DNA from: a virus
Strand: one strand, 5' to 3'
DNA length: 5,758 bases
Virus record (IMG/VR): IMGVR_UViG_3300045988_003271
Span: 1-5,758 of that record
The notes under the pieces are model-generated. The model did not search any database. It saw nothing but the letters and a program-made list of their open reading frames with translations, and was not told the DNA's origin. This document shows positions 3,845-5,758 of the stretch, piece after piece (positions within the stretch are counted from its first letter, which is position 1; each line of letters starts with the position of its first letter). Position numbers and translations under genes: made by a program.

Positions 3845-4316
3845 CTTTCGAGAAACCGCAACAGCAAAACCGACCGAAGCCGGGGAAAGCGTGAGACGCA
3901 CATACCTGTGGGAACGAAACGAAAAAGGCGAAAAAGTGCTGAAACTCGACCAAATCATCGACCAGCAAGCCGAAATCGACTCCTACTTAGAGGAGACCAA
4001 AATAGAAAACATCATTCGGCGGGCAAGCATCGACCCGGAAATCGCGGCACGTATCGCGCCAGACTTAGGCGGAGGAATTCAGGACTTTACCGAAGCGCCG
4101 CATACGCTAGCCGAACTACAGAACATCATGATTCGCGCAGAACAAATCTGGGACGAAGTACCAAAAGAAATCAAGCTCAAATTTGACAACGACGTCGATA
4201 AATTTGTTGCATCGTTTGGAACAGTTGAATGGGCAAAAAACCTAGGCATATACCAGGAAAAACAGACAGAAGCCAAAACAAATGAAGCAACAGAAGCAAC
4301 GGAGGCAAAAGAATGA
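3822..4316 (+). CDS. VP3: VP3 internal scaffolding protein (164 aa)
   Basis: It lies immediately upstream of VP1, with an ATGA stop/start overlap at 4313..4316. The segment …DFTEAPHTLAELQNIMIRAEQIWDEVPKEIKLKFDNDVDKFVASF… matches the F..LP..I+..F.N....F signature I recall for the chlamydiaphage-type scaffold. The tail is acidic and low-complexity. The SD AAGGAG lies 10 nt upstream. Confidence 0.78.
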   Translation: MAYRSVSNFRETATAKPTEAGESVRRTYLWERNEKGEKVLKLDQIIDQQAEIDSYLEETKIENIIRRASIDPEIAARIAPDLGGGIQDFTEAPHTLAELQNIMIRAEQIWDEVPKEIKLKFDNDVDKFVASFGTVEWAKNLGIYQEKQTEAKTNEATEATEAKE

Positions 4317-5758
4317 ACAGAAACAAAGACGCGGGATTTAACCAAGTACCGCGACTGGACATCACGCGAAGCCGCTTTAAAAGGCGACAAGACGTCAAGT
4401 TAACACTTAACGCAGGAAAACTTATCCCGTTCTACATCGATGAAGTACTACCGGGTGATACCTTTAGCATCGACCAAGCGGCAATCATCCGCATGACAAC
4501 TCCAATCTTTCCGGTAATGGATAACTGTTACATGGACATTTATTACTTTTTCACACCGAACCGCATTCTTTGGAAAAACTGGAAGCGGTTTATGGGCGAA
4601 AACGATGCCGGGCCGTGGGCACAAACTCAAGAATACACAATCCCACAAATCAGAGTCTATGCAGACAGCCGCAATGATGTGCCGCTGGAAGGAAGCCTTA
4701 TGGACTACATGGGGATACCGACAAAAGTCTGCAAGAAAGGTAATAAAAATACAGAGTTCGAAGTGAACGCACTGCCATTCAGAGCGTACGCAATGATATG
4801 GCAAGAGTGGTTCAGGGACCAAAATGTAGATAATCCAGCTATAAACAGCGACGGAGACGCAACAGTGTCTTACGCAGACGTTAACGATGACACAAAAATA
4901 GAAGATATACTTAAAGAAGCATATCGAGGCGGCAGACCGTTACCGGTCAACAAATTTCACGACTACTTCACGAGCGCACTGCCAAGTCCACAGAAAGCAG
5001 GAGAGCCGGTAACCATTCCGCTGAGCGGAAGCGCACCACTTGGCATATATAACCCAGCAACAGGACATGTAACAACCAAAAGCAACGAGATGAAAAGTAT
5101 CGTAAGCGAAGCAGGATTAACCATCAACGGCTCAACATTCAGTGCCTCAAGTTGGGACATCGGAGACGGACCTGTAAGGGACAAAGGACTTGCAGTAGGA
5201 AATAGCACATCAACCACATACACCGGCGTAAGCTTAGGGGCAGACCTCTCAAAAATCAACGCAACCACTATCAACCAGCTAAGGCAGGCATTTCAGGTAC
5301 AAAAATACTACGAAGAGTTAGCACGAGGCGGCTCACGCTACCGCGAGATGATTTATTCGCTGTTTCACACCAAAATCAGCGATAAAACGGTACAAATCCC
5401 GGAATATTTGGGCGGTACGCGAATTACCATCAACATGAGTCAGGTCATCCAGACCAGCGGCACAACGACAGAAAGTCCACAGGGCAACACAGCGGCAGTA
5501 TCCGTGACGCCATACAATGGGAGCATGTTCACGAAGAGCTTTGAAGAACACGGCTATGTTATCGGCGTATGTTGCATCCGACATGACCATACTTACCAAC
5601 AGGGACTCGAACGTATGTGGAGTCGAAAAACAAACCTCGACTTTTACTATCCAGTTTTCGCAAATCTGGGTGAACAAGCAATCCTTAAAAAAGAAATCTA
5701 CCTGACAGGCACAAGCACAGACGAACAGGCATTTGGGTACCAAGAGTGCTGGGCCGAA
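4313..5758 (+). CDS. VP1: Major capsid protein VP1, N-terminal and central part. The frame stays open to the window end, and the gene continues at 1..313.
   Basis: The SD GGAGG (4301..4305) lies 7 nt before ATG 4313. My hand translation found no stop through 5758. Family-typical blocks include MNRNKDAGFNQVPRLDITRSRF, GKLIPFYIDEVLPGDTF, LPFRAYAMIWQEWFRDQN, INQLRQAFQVQKYYEELARGGSRYREMIYSLF and HGYVIGVCCIR. Confidence 0.95.
   Translation, partial: MNRNKDAGFNQVPRLDITRSRFKRRQDVKLTLNAGKLIPFYIDEVLPGDTFSIDQAAIIRMTTPIFPVMDNCYMDIYYFFTPNRILWKNWKRFMGENDAGPWAQTQEYTIPQIRVYADSRNDVPLEGSLMDYMGIPTKVCKKGNKNTEFEVNALPFRAYAMIWQEWFRDQNVDNPAINSDGDATVSYADVNDDTKIEDILKEAYRGGRPLPVNKFHDYFTSALPSPQKAGEPVTIPLSGSAPLGIYNPATGHVTTKSNEMKSIVSEAGLTINGSTFSASSWDIGDGPVRDKGLAVGNSTSTTYTGVSLGADLSKINATTINQLRQAFQVQKYYEELARGGSRYREMIYSLFHTKISDKTVQIPEYLGGTRITINMSQVIQTSGTTTESPQGNTAAVSVTPYNGSMFTKSFEEHGYVIGVCCIRHDHTYQQGLERMWSRKTNLDFYYPVFANLGEQAILKKEIYLTGTSTDEQAFGYQECWAE
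5704..5758. repeat. Terminal direct repeat, copy 2 (identical to 1..55)
   Basis: Identity to the first 55 bases is 55/55. Confidence 0.97.

Larger units (their letters stand above)
1..5703 (+). other. One complete unit of a circular Microviridae (gokushovirus-like) ssDNA phage genome, 5,703 nt
   Basis: The 55-nt end overlap closes the circle. 5703 is divisible by 3, and the VP1 reading frame is continuous across the junction. A full microvirus core set (VP1, VP2, VP4, J/ORF8-like, VP5-like, VP3) lies on one strand. Confidence 0.9.

Noticed and set aside
3908-4186. Basic 92-aa alternative-frame ORF inside VP3, and the 62-aa ORF 5517..5705 inside VP1
   Set aside because: Neither has an SD, a recognisable motif or a hydrophobic segment. 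Both are explained by out-of-frame reading of A/G-rich coding sequence.
348-5743. All minus-strand track ORFs: 348..698, 356..592, 439..777, 774..1163, 1574..1864, 1986..2186, 2882..3115, 2988..3293, 3533..3958, 4079..4390, 4177..4398, 4448..4822, 4963..5274, 5333..5743
   Set aside because: Each is antisense to a well-supported + strand gene, and their translations are low-complexity or Cys/Leu/Phe-rich. Microvirus genes are transcribed from one strand only.

Overview
The window holds one complete, circularly permuted genome of a small ssDNA phage of the family Microviridae. Its gene set is gokushovirus-like. Bases 1..55 are identical to 5704..5758, so the unit length is 5,703 nt. The major capsid gene VP1 is cut by the linearisation point: it runs 4313..5703 and continues in frame into 1..313. 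All convincing genes are on the + strand. In circular order they are VP1 (major capsid), VP2 (pilot/minor capsid), VP4 (HUH rolling-circle replication initiator), a roughly 1.3 kb non-core region, a 39-aa basic J/ORF8-like DNA-binding protein missing from the ORF track, a VP5-like protein, and the VP3 internal scaffold. The unusual part is 2173..3488. It starts with about 500 nt that has no convincing long ORF and is densely structured. That stretch contains a terminator-like hairpin, a GC-rich alternating purine-pyrimidine palindrome next to a 24-nt pure A/T tract, eight or more clustered TGTTGAA(A) iteron-like units, two DnaA-box-type 9-mers inside a duplicated ~30-nt module, GC-rich nested hairpins, and a possible 27-aa hydrophobic micro-ORF with an SD. 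Next comes a self-contained cassette (promoter, two small ORFs, strong intrinsic terminator), followed by further small orphan ORFs. I recognise no family for these small proteins. No lysis gene is recognisable. Protein calls rest on my reading of the translations and recalled family signatures, not on database searches.
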